DNA of 64,000 nucleotides from Candidatus Falkowbacteria bacterium RIFOXYA2_FULL_47_19 (lineage in GTDB: Bacteria; Patescibacteriota; Patescibacteriia; Patescibacteriales; UBA12075): NCBI GenBank assembly GCA_001780275.1, contig MFGB01000013.1, positions 10,693 through 74,692 of the forward strand, given 5' to 3'. The translations under genes were made by a program, and so were the position numbers. Under the pieces are notes generated by a model. It had not been told where the DNA came from, ran no database searches, and saw only the letters and a program-made list of their open reading frames with translations. Of the stretch, positions 16,327 to 28,300 are shown piece after piece. Position 1 is the first letter of the stretch. The number at the start of each line of letters is the position of its first letter.

Positions 16327-19300
16327 ATGCAAAAATTGAGAGGATATTTTTCTAATTTATTCGTTAAATTAGGCTTGTTAATATTATTTTTATTAGCGGT
16401 CTTCGGTTATACCCAGGGCCGTTTTATTTTTGTGCAAGCGGTCGCGGACGAGTTAAATATTTATCCGGGAAATTACGCGGCCGAAGGTGGGGAAAACGAA
16501 TTCACCTGGCAGAATACTGATAACACTTTCACTCAAGACCTTGGTTCTAATGCGCAGTTCGGGGAGTTTAATATTGATAATTCGGCTTTTATATCTCTGA
16601 GGACATTTGAGGAAATTGCGCCCGCCTCCGCTGAAGCTACGGCGGGTAAAAATAACGACGGCGGCGAAGAATCGGCTGAAACCGATGGCGAAGATGGCGC
16701 TGATACGTCGGAAACGGATGAAGGAAGCGGTGATGAGACGGTAGGGGAATCGGCGCCGGACGAAACCCCGGATGATGAGGTGGGCGATAGCGATAATACT
16801 GACGCGACAAGCGAAGAAGAAAGCGGGACGGTGGAAGTTATTGATTTGAGTGAAATACCGGCGGACACATTAATTACGAATTACGAGGGCGGGGAAACGA
16901 GCAATAATAATGGCGGGGGCAATGAAACGCCGCCAGCTGAATCCGCGTCCGAGTCCGCCTCTGAACCTGCGCCCGAAGTGCCTGCGGCTGAAAGCACACC
17001 CACCGGTGATTCCGGCGGCGAAACGAGCAGAATCTGGAACCGGATTAAATCTTTGGCGGTTTACCTGGATTTTTTCCGGTCTAAATTGGTCTGGGCGCAG
17101 GAAAGCCTGGAAAATTTTATTGAAGGCAGTGAAGAAGAGGCCGGATCGGTGCCGCTGGCCACCGACAATAATTTTATAGCCGAGCTTGATTTTATTAAAC
17201 AAAGCTTAATTTTCTCCGATTTTTTCGTGCCAGCCGAATATCACGATAATGATATTAAAGACCTTAAACTGCGCGTGTCCTTAGCGGCCCGGAGCGATTT
17301 TATTGACGATTATATTCGCTTGGAATACCGGACGGAAAACGGCTGGCGGCTTTTGGGAGAAATTAACGCGCTTTCTGACGTGTCTAATTCACTTAACAGC
17401 GATTATTTTGCCTTTTCTCTGCCCGCGACAGTCGGCTGGGACGAGATCAAGGATCTTTCCGTCCGGGTAAGCTATATTAATACTAATCCGCCGGAGGCCA
17501 GGGCCGGAAAAACTTTAGAAATTTATTTAGATGCGCTTTGGATAGAAATCGGGCAGGAAAACGCAATCAGTGACGAAGAATTAGAATTAAACCCGGACGA
17601 AGAAGACGCGAGCACCACGGAAGAAGAATTGCCGGAGATCTTACCGGCGGACCTTAGAGATGATTTTGAACTTATTACTTTAACCCCGAAAAATGATTTT
17701 AAAAATAACGAAAAGCCGCAATTTAAATTCCGGTTTAAAAAGAAGCGGAATTTGCTTGAAGGTTTAGGAGCCGGATTCTTAGACGTTTTCCGAGATGAGT
17801 ACAAGGATATAAGCATCAGGGCTGAAGCCGTTAACGGTCGGGGCCAGACAGAGTCGGAGATTGAATTAACCGTTAATTATCTCTCGGACGGGGAATTCGC
17901 GGTAAATATAATTAAGCAGTCGCGCCAGTTTAAACCTGGAAAATTTAATATTAAAATATCCATCGCGAGCGACTCGCTTACGGTCGGACGGACGGTTGAT
18001 TTTTCTCAAGATTTTACCTGGGGCGTATTAGCCTTAAATACTAATAAATCTATTTATGAATCGGGCGAAAACGCTTATCTTCAGATAGCAGTTTTGGATG
18101 ATTTGGGCGATACTTTGTGCGCCGTGGATTTTATTGAATTAGAAATAAAAGCGCCGGACGGCGGGATCGCTTATTTAAGGGATACCAATGATTTAATTAT
18201 ATCTAATCCGGAATGCGGACCCAATAACGTGATCACTTCTCCGGATTTTTACGCCTATTACGGGGTGGGTCCGCTTGGCGCTTACGAGATGACTTTGCGC
18301 GTCCAGACGGAGAATGGCGAACGTGAAATTACGGACGTCTTCGAAGTGCGCGCGCCTGACGAAGCTATATTCAGCGTCGAACGGATCGGGCCGACCCGGA
18401 TTTACCCAAAAGCGGATTATGATATGGGGTTCCGGATCATACCGCAAGCCGATTTTCGAGGAAATTTCGTCGAAGTCGTGCCAGCAAATTTTAAGATAAC
18501 GGAGCAGAAGCGTAATGGCGCGCTTATTCCGATCTTAGTCCGGGACAAAACGAACGCGCAAACGGGTGAGATGGAGCAGGAAATAATCTGGAAGGTTGAT
18601 TGGCGCGCCGGACGGGAATATGTGTTGTCTTATACTTTTGACGCGCCTAATATTTCACCGGAATTTTTTCTTTTGGGTCCGGCAAGGCTTTATGGAAAGA
18701 TTGCGATTTGGGATGAAACCGGAGTGCGCGAAGAATTAACCGATTTTACTGAAATAAGACAGTGGCAGATAGCCTCGGATGCCTTATCTATTATTTACAC
18801 TAAGCAAACAGCGGGAGTGGAAATTGACGGCACCGACTATGATATTATAAATTCTATTACCGGTTTTTCTGAAAGCGAATATGTTTTGTTCGGAGGCGTG
18901 GGCAATATTACCGCGGATGGTGGTACTACTAGGATAGAAACCTCTTTGGCGACCGCTGATGGAAGTGGACTGTTAACAGAAACCGATGAGGAAAACGAAG
19001 GCCCAAATGCTGATGATAGGTGGGCTTATTTTGCCATGACTAAACGGATTATGTCTTCTTCGGATACGATTTATTTGCACGGTTATGACTATACTGGTTC
19101 AGGAGAAGCAGATGAATCATTTTTAATGGGTATGGATATGTCAACTATGGGCACCGAAAGCATCGATTATTTCTGGGATAATGATGCTGTGGTTGACGGT
19201 ACAATCTTAACGACGATTGCCGGAGAAAATAATCGCGCCAGTATTACTTTTACCCCCGATGGAGTCAGCCAATATTTGATTATAGCCAGCGCCAGAATTG

Positions 19301-22300
19301 ATGCGCAGGTAGAAAGCGAAATCGGGGAAATGGCTATTTGGAACGGTTCGGCATCAATAGTTAATCATATCAGAGATAATGAAGATACGGCTGATGAACC
19401 GTTGTTATTTGCGGCCACAACTACGATTCCGGCCGCTGTTTCCACTACTTATTCGGTTAGGGTGCGAGGGGAAACGAATAATTCAATTGATTATCTAAGT
19501 TCGTCTATTTTAGTTATTCGTCTTAATTATTACGAAAATTTTAGCTGTGACGCTAAAGCCAATGCCGGTAATGTCGGTACTTCGCCTACGATCATGGCTT
19601 CAACCGACCTGCAATTAAGTGAAGCTGGAGATGTGACAGTTCTTTATTTCGGCGGATTTAGTTCTCCCGCTCAAGATAGTGAGGTGTCTTTTCGGGCTCG
19701 TCAGGACGCGTCTATCAGGTTTCAACTCACGGAAGGTGACACGGGCAATGAACCTGGACGTAACGCTGTTTGGGATACTGGTGATGTGCATAATTTATTA
19801 TGGTTAGATAATATTAGCGGCGTAAATACGAACTCACATGCCTACGATTTGGCAATGGAGGCTAGTGCCGTCGGACCGACAGCTCCATGGGCTATGGTTT
19901 GCGCCTGGAGTGAGGCTGAGTATGTGCCCCCCCCCGACGTTAACGTCAGCGCTACCGGCACGCAAGTTTCAACCATCGATATAAACAGTCAGGACAATTA
20001 TGTCGGTGGCAAATTCGTTTTAACGAATTCCAGCTCAACAGCCATAACCGTCAATAGCATAAATATTGTCGAATTAGGCACAGTCAACGCCAGCACCAGC
20101 CTAGAAAATATCCGGCTTTATTATGATTTGGATACCACTCTGCCCTATGATTGCACAAGTACTAGTTATGATTTGAGCGATCTGCAATTCGGCGCCACCT
20201 CTACTGCCTTTAGCGATACTAACGGCACCTCTACGTTTAGCGGGAGTGTAAATATCAGCGCCACTTCATCTATGTGTGTTTATGTTGTTTTGGACGTAAA
20301 TTCTAATGCCGATAAGGATGAAACTTTGGAAGTAGAGATAAATAATCCATCGACCGACGTTGGATTAAGTGCCGGCGCCAGGGTCGGCCCCGTTACCTCA
20401 GTCGAGCTTTCGGGTACGACCGTGCTTTATGCGCCGGACGTTATGGCGACGGCTTATGAACAGAGAAAGAGCGATAATTTCACGGATATAGCCAACCAGG
20501 GATGGACGAATGAGAACCAGGTGAATCTCTACGCTCTGGCGCAGGCCATGGGCGGGGCTACGACCACTTATTATGATTTTTACTTCGAGCTATTGGACGA
20601 AAGCGGGACTTATACTACCGCCACAAGCGCTCCGGGGAGTCCCTGCTTAGAGAACGTAATTTACGACAATTGCGCGAATAAAGTCTGGCTGGCTTCATCG
20701 ACCCTGCCCGGCTGGTATAACGGCAGCTGGCTTTACCGCAAAAAGATCACGATCAACGCGGCGCAGGTCGTAGCCAACGAAACCGGTTTTCCGGTAATGG
20801 CGACTACGACCGATAGCGATTTCGCTCATACATCCTTCGGCGGGAAAATGGCCTCTTCGAGCGCCGCTGATATCGTCATTACCGATTCCGACGGTTTAAC
20901 CGTCCTTAATTACGAGCGGGAGTATTACGCTCCGGCGACCGGACAGATCGCTCTTTGGATCAAGACGGATATTTCTTCAACTACCAATAAAGAATTGTAT
21001 ATTTATTACGGCAACGCCGGCATAAGCGCCGATCAGTCCACCACCACCGGCGTCTGGGACGATAATTACATGGGCGTCTGGCACATGAATAACAATCCGG
21101 CCGGCACCGCTCCGCAGCTCAGAGATTCGACAAAGAACGCCCATCATGCCACGGCCAACGGCGCCTGGAATATCGGCGATCTCGTCTCCACGCCGATGGG
21201 CCAGGGTATAGATTCCCCGGGGGTCAATAATCAGGAGTTCCAGATCGCTAATTCCGGAAATTGGCTTAACGGATTGACGAATATGAGCGTCGAGATCTGG
21301 CTCGATTCGAACGTCATTAACGCGGATATGGGTATTATTACCTGCGACGAGGCTTCGGAGGATTCGTCCTACGTTATGATGCGCTATGACACCAGTGGTT
21401 GGGCCGGCGGCGGCGATGATGTCATTAAGGTAATCAACCAGTACGAAAGCGCGAGCTATGTGCAGAGCGCTAATCGCCAATATTTAGGCTATTCCTGGAC
21501 AGCTTCTCATGATATTGATTTTTACGTCAATGGATCCATAGATACCCCGACGAGCGACGGCGGCTCGAGTTTTACGAGTATTTCCGGCTGTAACACTTTC
21601 CTGATCGGCGACGGCGGCAACGTGCCGAGCGGAAACTGGAACGGCATTATTGACGAATTCCGGATCTCCTCGACGACCCGTTCGGCCGCCCGGTTCCGGA
21701 CGCAAAACAATAACTACGGCAACGTCAATAATTTCCTGACCTTCGGGAACGAAGAATCATCCAGTCAAATCATTACCGAAGGCGTCGTAAATTTAACGGC
21801 TATCCCGGACCGCGGCTCCTCGACCGATCCGACTAAGGGTTATAAATGGCAGGTACTCGCTTGTGATGATAAGGGCAGTTGTTCCAACTGGGACGCTTTT
21901 AATTCTACTTTGCCCAATTTCAAGGTCGATACAGCCGCGCCGGACGCGCCCGGAAGCCTTACGCTCGCGACTTCGACCGCGACTTCGATCACGGTCGAGT
22001 TCCACAACGAGACGACAGAACCGAATTTCGCTTATTATAAGATTTTCTATAAAGCCGGTTTTTCCGGGGTCGATACGGACGATACGGAGCATGACGATCC
22101 GGACTTGGATCATATCGATTATAATAATACCTCGACCACGACTATTACCGGCCTTATCCCGGAGACGCAGTATGTCATAAATATCTGGGCTTACGATCTC
22201 GCCGGCAATAAGACCGGCGCGACCGAGATAACGGTTACGACCCCGTCCGCGCCGCACGCCCGGGCAAGAAGCGTCCTCTTCCATGCCGGAGATTACAGCG

Positions 22301-25300
22301 GTGACGGTTCGACCGGGCAGGACACGAACACAGACCAGGTTTTCGATACTTTCAATTTTGAATTAGCCGAAACGGGAGCAGAAATCAAGAACGCTTATAT
22401 CCTTTTCGAGACCCATTTCGAGGCTTATAATACGACGGCCGGCGACTATAGCGGCTATAATCTTTCTTTCGATGCCTGCTCTGAGCCCTGTACGGCCGAC
22501 GCCGGTTCCGGCTCCGGACGGATCCTGGTCGACAGCAATTCTGTCCTCTCTTACGACGAAACCGCGGGCAAACAGGCGCGGCTCTTAGCGGACGTTACGG
22601 AAGAGGTGCAGTTATCCGCTTATACCGGTTCCGGCGCGGATATGGAAGCGCAGATAGGATACCGCCTCGAAACCGACGTAACCGGCCCTTCGATCGCTTA
22701 CGCCCGGGCCGTCTTGGTTGTAACTTATAGCTACGACGACGATAATTCAACGAATCTGACCAATACCGTGATTTATCCTTTAGAATCGACCGCCTCGGGC
22801 GACCAAGGTTCAAAGCTGGCGGTGCAGGCGGATGATTGTACAAAATCGCCCTTACCCAGTTCGAATTGCGCGCTTTTTGATTATAATATGGTGATTCCGG
22901 AAGTGTCCGCTAAGCTCTCGCAATGGTTCGAGCTTTACGGCGTGAATGACGGGCACGGAGCCTCGGACGTGGCCATTAACGCTAATATCGAGGGATCGAA
23001 CGTGGACAGCGATACTTATTATCATGAATCCGTCTTGGCCGGCACCCAGGGTAATTTTCCGCGCGTTATTATCGATAACGTAACCGGTTACAGCGAAAAT
23101 ATTGCCCAGGTTTTCGAATACGCCCTGACGAGCCCCGGTGGCGGTCAGTATTACGCTTTAGGCGGCGAGGTCATCGAAACCTATACGGCGCCCAGATCGG
23201 CCGGGACCAAAACCCGGACCGTTTCTTTCCCGATCGGCCTCGTTTTCGACAACCGGGGGAGCATGTCCGCTTCTGCCCAGGTCTATTTCCCGGAAAACGG
23301 ATCCGGTTCCGGCGTTGTCGATATTAAGAAAGCCTGGTTCCGCCTGATCGGCGACAACTACAATACCGGCGCTTACGGCCTGGCCGTATCTTCGAAGGTG
23401 GGGAATAATTCCGTCACAGCCACCTCGACCTACGCTTTGAACGCGGGCGCTACGGTCATCAGGCCGTCTTATAATATCGTCCATGTCATTCCGTCGGCCG
23501 ATTATTCCGAATTGGAGGCCGCCAACGCCACGGCTCCGAAAGAAGTAACCGTGAATGCGACTACGACGGCCGTGAGTTCGCCGGATATGGGCGCGGTTTC
23601 GGCCGAGCTCATGATCACTTATACGTACACGGGCGAGACGAGCGGATATCTGACCTCCTTAAATCTCTTCGGCGGCCAGTCGGACCAGCACGGCGCGAGC
23701 CAGGCGGATACGGAAACGGCGGCCGATGCGGTCTTTCCCGAGCTCCGGGGAGAAGAAACCCTCCGGGCCGCCGCTCTCCTCGGGAGCTTTTCCCTAAGCG
23801 CGAGCGACGGCACTATGCCCGGAACCTGGTTCTATATGGACGCCAATATCGCGACCGGCACACCGGCATGCTCCACTTCGACCGGCTATATGGCCCGCGA
23901 CGACGCCGTTAACGGCTACGCTGAATTCTACCAGGACGTTTTTTCGGCCATGAGCACTGATGATGACGAGAGCTATTCGGTCTGCTATGCCAATGATAAC
24001 GCCGCGGACACGAACGCGGGCGCCAGGATGAACGCGGTCTGGCTTTATACTTACCAGTGGGATGCGCCGCCGCCCGCTTTCACGCAAAGCGACTGGCGAT
24101 GGTACAATAATGCTGATTCGATCGCGCCCGGAACGGCCAGAGCGGCGGAAAAAACGTCTATTACCGGCGTCAATATCGGCGAAGCCATCCGTTTAAGAGT
24201 CAATATCGGCATTACCTCCGAAGACCTGGCCGCTATGACGAGCGCCTTTAAACTCCAGTACGGCAAAGCTTCGGATTGTGCGTCTTTAGGGGAATCGGAC
24301 TGGACCGATTTAGGCGGAGTGGCCGGAAGCGAGGCCTGGCGCGGTTATAATAACCCGGATCCGGGCGATGGCACTACTTTAAGCGCGGCAGTTCTGTCTT
24401 CTTCGGACGTAGCCGAGTCTTACGAGGAAAGCAACAATTCCGCCTCCAATCCCCGCGCAATCGATATCGGCGAATACGGTGAATGGGACTGGGTGGTTTA
24501 TAATAACGCGGCTTCTTCTTCCGCGGATTACTGCTTCCGGATGGTCGAATCGGACGGTACTGTCCTAAACGATTACCTCTCTGACAGTTACCCTAAATTG
24601 ACTACGGCTCCGGCCAATACCGCGGCCGCGAGTGCTTCTAACCTGGCGCAATACAGGAATAACGGCACGACCGCGATCGCCAATAATTCCTGGGTAAACG
24701 AGAATACCGTAAAGTTAAGGGCGGCCGCGACTGATCCGAATATAAGCGAACGGATCGCGCTATATTACGAGATCGCCTCTTCCTCGTCTGGTTCTTTTAC
24801 GACGGCCACGACTTCGCCCGCGAGCTGGTGCTATGCCGGCACCGCCTGGGGATCCTGCCCGTCCCGTATCTGGGCCGCGACCTCTTCTTTAGGCGATTAC
24901 CGGACGAGCCCCTTTACCGCGACCGCCACGATCCCGGGCCTGCCGGAAAGCTCGGAAGGTTATAAATGGCAGGTTCTTGCCTGCGACGATGACGGGGCTT
25001 GCGCCGATACCTGGACGAAATATAATCTGACGATACCTAACTTCAAGATCGATACGGTGGCGCCCACTCCACCCGGAAACCTCACTTTCGCTTCCTCTAC
25101 CGCGACCATGATCTCCTTGACTTTCGGGGCCAGTACGACCGAAGCCAATTTCGATCGCTACCGGATCTATTATCGGGCGGGCGTCGCCGGAGTAACCGAA
25201 TCGGACAGCCAGCACACCGATAATGCCGCGCTATTATTTAAGAATTACGGCGGCTACGGCACGACTACCGTTTTTAATCTTTCTGCCGGCACGAACTATG

Positions 25301-28300
25301 TTTTTAATATCTGGGCTTACGATCTTGCCGGCAACAAGGCGACGGCCACGATCGAGGCGACCGGCGCCACAGACCCGTCTTTTACGCCCCCGTTAGGTTA
25401 TTTTACGATCGGAGGAAGCGCGGAGAGGACGAACGGGTCGGGTGTAGTCGATATTACGATCCAGGTTGACGATCCGGATAACGATGATACGGTCCGGGCC
25501 AAGATCATGTACAAGTCCGGAGCGGTCTGTTCTTCCGGCATGTTTTCGGAAGGCTACTCCGATCCGACTTTGGACGCGACCGACGCCAATATTTCCGCCA
25601 CTTACGGCGACCCGGATATCGATAACGCTTACCCCTACCAGGTCGGCACTACCTCAAGCTTTATACTCACTTCCGGCGCGGGCGATAATTTTGTTTTATT
25701 CGACTGGCTCTCAATGACGGATTTAGCCGGCGTCGAGGGCGATTACTGCTTGGGACTTGTCGTTAACGACGGCATGTATGATCAGCTGGCAACTAATACG
25801 ATCGCGGTCGAGATCGACAATAAATTGCCGGCCGTACCGGGATACTTGAGGCTTGAAAGCAAGCATTACGACAGCATAGAACTAAGATTCGGCACGACCA
25901 GCGCGGACACGCATTTTACCGAGTATAAGGTATTTTACAAAGAAGGAACGGCGGGCGTAACGGAAGCCGATACGGTCTTCGATAAGACCGACGACCCTGA
26001 TCTTGATGACGTAAATTTCGGGGGCACCTCGACGACAACGATCACGGGACTAAATCCCAATACGACTTATGTTTTTAATATCCTGGCTTACGATTCTTAC
26101 GGCAATAAGGCGACCGCCACGACCGAACTTACCGTCAAGACCAACGCCCGGCCGACGAATATTTCAGCCGACGGGCAATATCTTGATGACGGCGTAACGC
26201 CGATCGTGAACGGATCATGGATCGACGAAAATAACGTTATTTTTCGGGCTTCGGCGCATGACCAGGACGCGGCCGACCTCGTAACTTTTTACTATCAGCT
26301 CATTACCGCGACCGGTACTTATCTCTCCTCTTTAACCCCGCCGGGAAACACCTGCGTTTACGGGACGACTTTCCTTGCCTGCGATTCGAAGGTTTGGGCC
26401 GTGTCCACCTCCACTTCCGACCTTCCGGCCGACTGGTACGATTCGAACTGGCTATACCGCAAAAAGATAACGATCAACGCTTCGCAAGTTCCCGCTAACG
26501 CTTCCGACTTTCCGATCCTGGCGACGACTACGGACGCCAATCTCGCGGGCAAGGCGCGGTCCGACGGCTACGACATAATATTCACGGCCGCGGACGGCAC
26601 GACGCCTCTCGATTACGAGCGGGAATATTATAACGGCGCCACGGGCCAGTTAGCGGTCTGGATCGAGACAGATCTGTCTTCGACGACCGATACGGAGCTT
26701 TATATGTATTATGGCAATTCCGGCGCGAATATTGACCCGGCCACGACCACCGGCGTCTGGGACTCCTCTTACCGCGGGGTCTGGCATTTGGAAGAAAACG
26801 TGGTCGATGAAGGGAGTTCCGCGGACGCGCACGAGGATTCCTGCTCTTACGCCAATAACGCCGACCAGTACGGCAATAACGAATATTCTTCCTGGATCTA
26901 CCGCGGCCAGGATTTCGACGGTTTAAACGACTATATTTCGGTTCCGGACCACAGTTCCCTGGATCTGTCCGACGCCCTGTCGGTGGAATTCTGGATAGAG
27001 GGCGCAGCGAGCGAGCAGACCGCGACTAAGACTGTTTATTCCGCGGCCGGAAACGATACTTTTACGGTTCCGCCGGGGGTAACCGCGGTTACTTTAAAAA
27101 GCTGGGGCGCTGGCGGCGGCGGAGGAGGAGGCTCCGCGACCGGCGGCGTGCCGAATACCAGGAATGGGGGCGGACCGGGCGGCGGCGGCGCTTTTGTTCA
27201 GGGAACATTATCGGTTGAACCCGGACAGATTCTCGATATTACAGTGGGAGGCGGCGGTACGGCCGGCACCTTAGTGACTACATCCGGACAGGGCGGCGGC
27301 GGCGGCGGCCGAAGCAGCGTTTATCGGAGCGGTACCCCCCTTGTCATAGCGGCGGCTGGCGGCGGCGGCGGCGGCGGCACGAACGATGAGGCGGCTCAGG
27401 GCGAGACCGGCGGCGCCGGCGGCGCTATCCAGGGCGAGGATGGCGGTGATACCAACGGCTCAGTGGGTGGCGGCGGCGGCACCCAGAGCGCCGGCGGTAC
27501 GGCCGGCACCGGCACTAACACCGGTACGGCCGGCGGATCGCTTACAGGCGGCGCGGGCGCGGATGGCCGCAATAATCAGGGTGCCGATGGATCCGGACCG
27601 GCCGGCGGCTTCGGCGGTGGCGCTGCCGGCGGCCAGGGCGATGCCGCCGGTACTTATCCGGCTGGCGGCGGCGGCGGCGCGGGTTATTACGGCGGCGGCG
27701 GCGGCGGCGAAGCCGCCGGTTCATTAAACGGCGGCGCGGGCGGCGGCGGCGGCTCCTCTTTCGTGTCCGCTTCCGTAACGGCTACGACCACGACCGGCGG
27801 CAGCGGCTATACTCCGGCCAATACGGGCGATTCCGATTATGAAAGCAACACCGGCGCGGGCGGAGACGGCGGAGCGGCCGGAGGATCCGGCGCTAACGGC
27901 GGCAGCGGTTTGGTAGTGGTCAGCTATACTCCGGCGGTTACGATTGTGGGCAAGGGTAATGACGCCTACCAGATCAGCCTTGATGGAGATATGAATATTT
28001 TTGCGCAGATAAACAGCCAGCCCGTATCGACCCAAATCGTTCCAGGCTGGCATCATATCGTTATGACTTACGACCGGAGCGCCGGCGGTACAGATGAACT
28101 CAAATTGTATGTGGACGGAGTTTTAAGGGATACAGCCGATTTTTCCAGTGTGGTCAATACCAATAATAGCGTCGTTAAGATCGGAGAACTGTTTGATGGG
28201 CTCGTAGATGAGCTCAGAATATCGGGCATCGCGCGCTCTTCCGGTTGGATACAAACAGCTTACAATAACCAGCGCGGCGTCGCTAATTTCCTCTCCTTCG

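Noticed and set aside
27100-27930. Gly-rich (GGC)n region as collagen-like or PE_PGRS-like repeats, or as non-coding simple sequence.
   Set aside because: There is no Gly-X-Y periodicity. The segment is in frame and is bounded by conserved beta-strand motifs (TFTVPPGVTAVTLKSWGAGGGG ... GGSGLVVVSYTP) typical of a folded glycine-rich domain.
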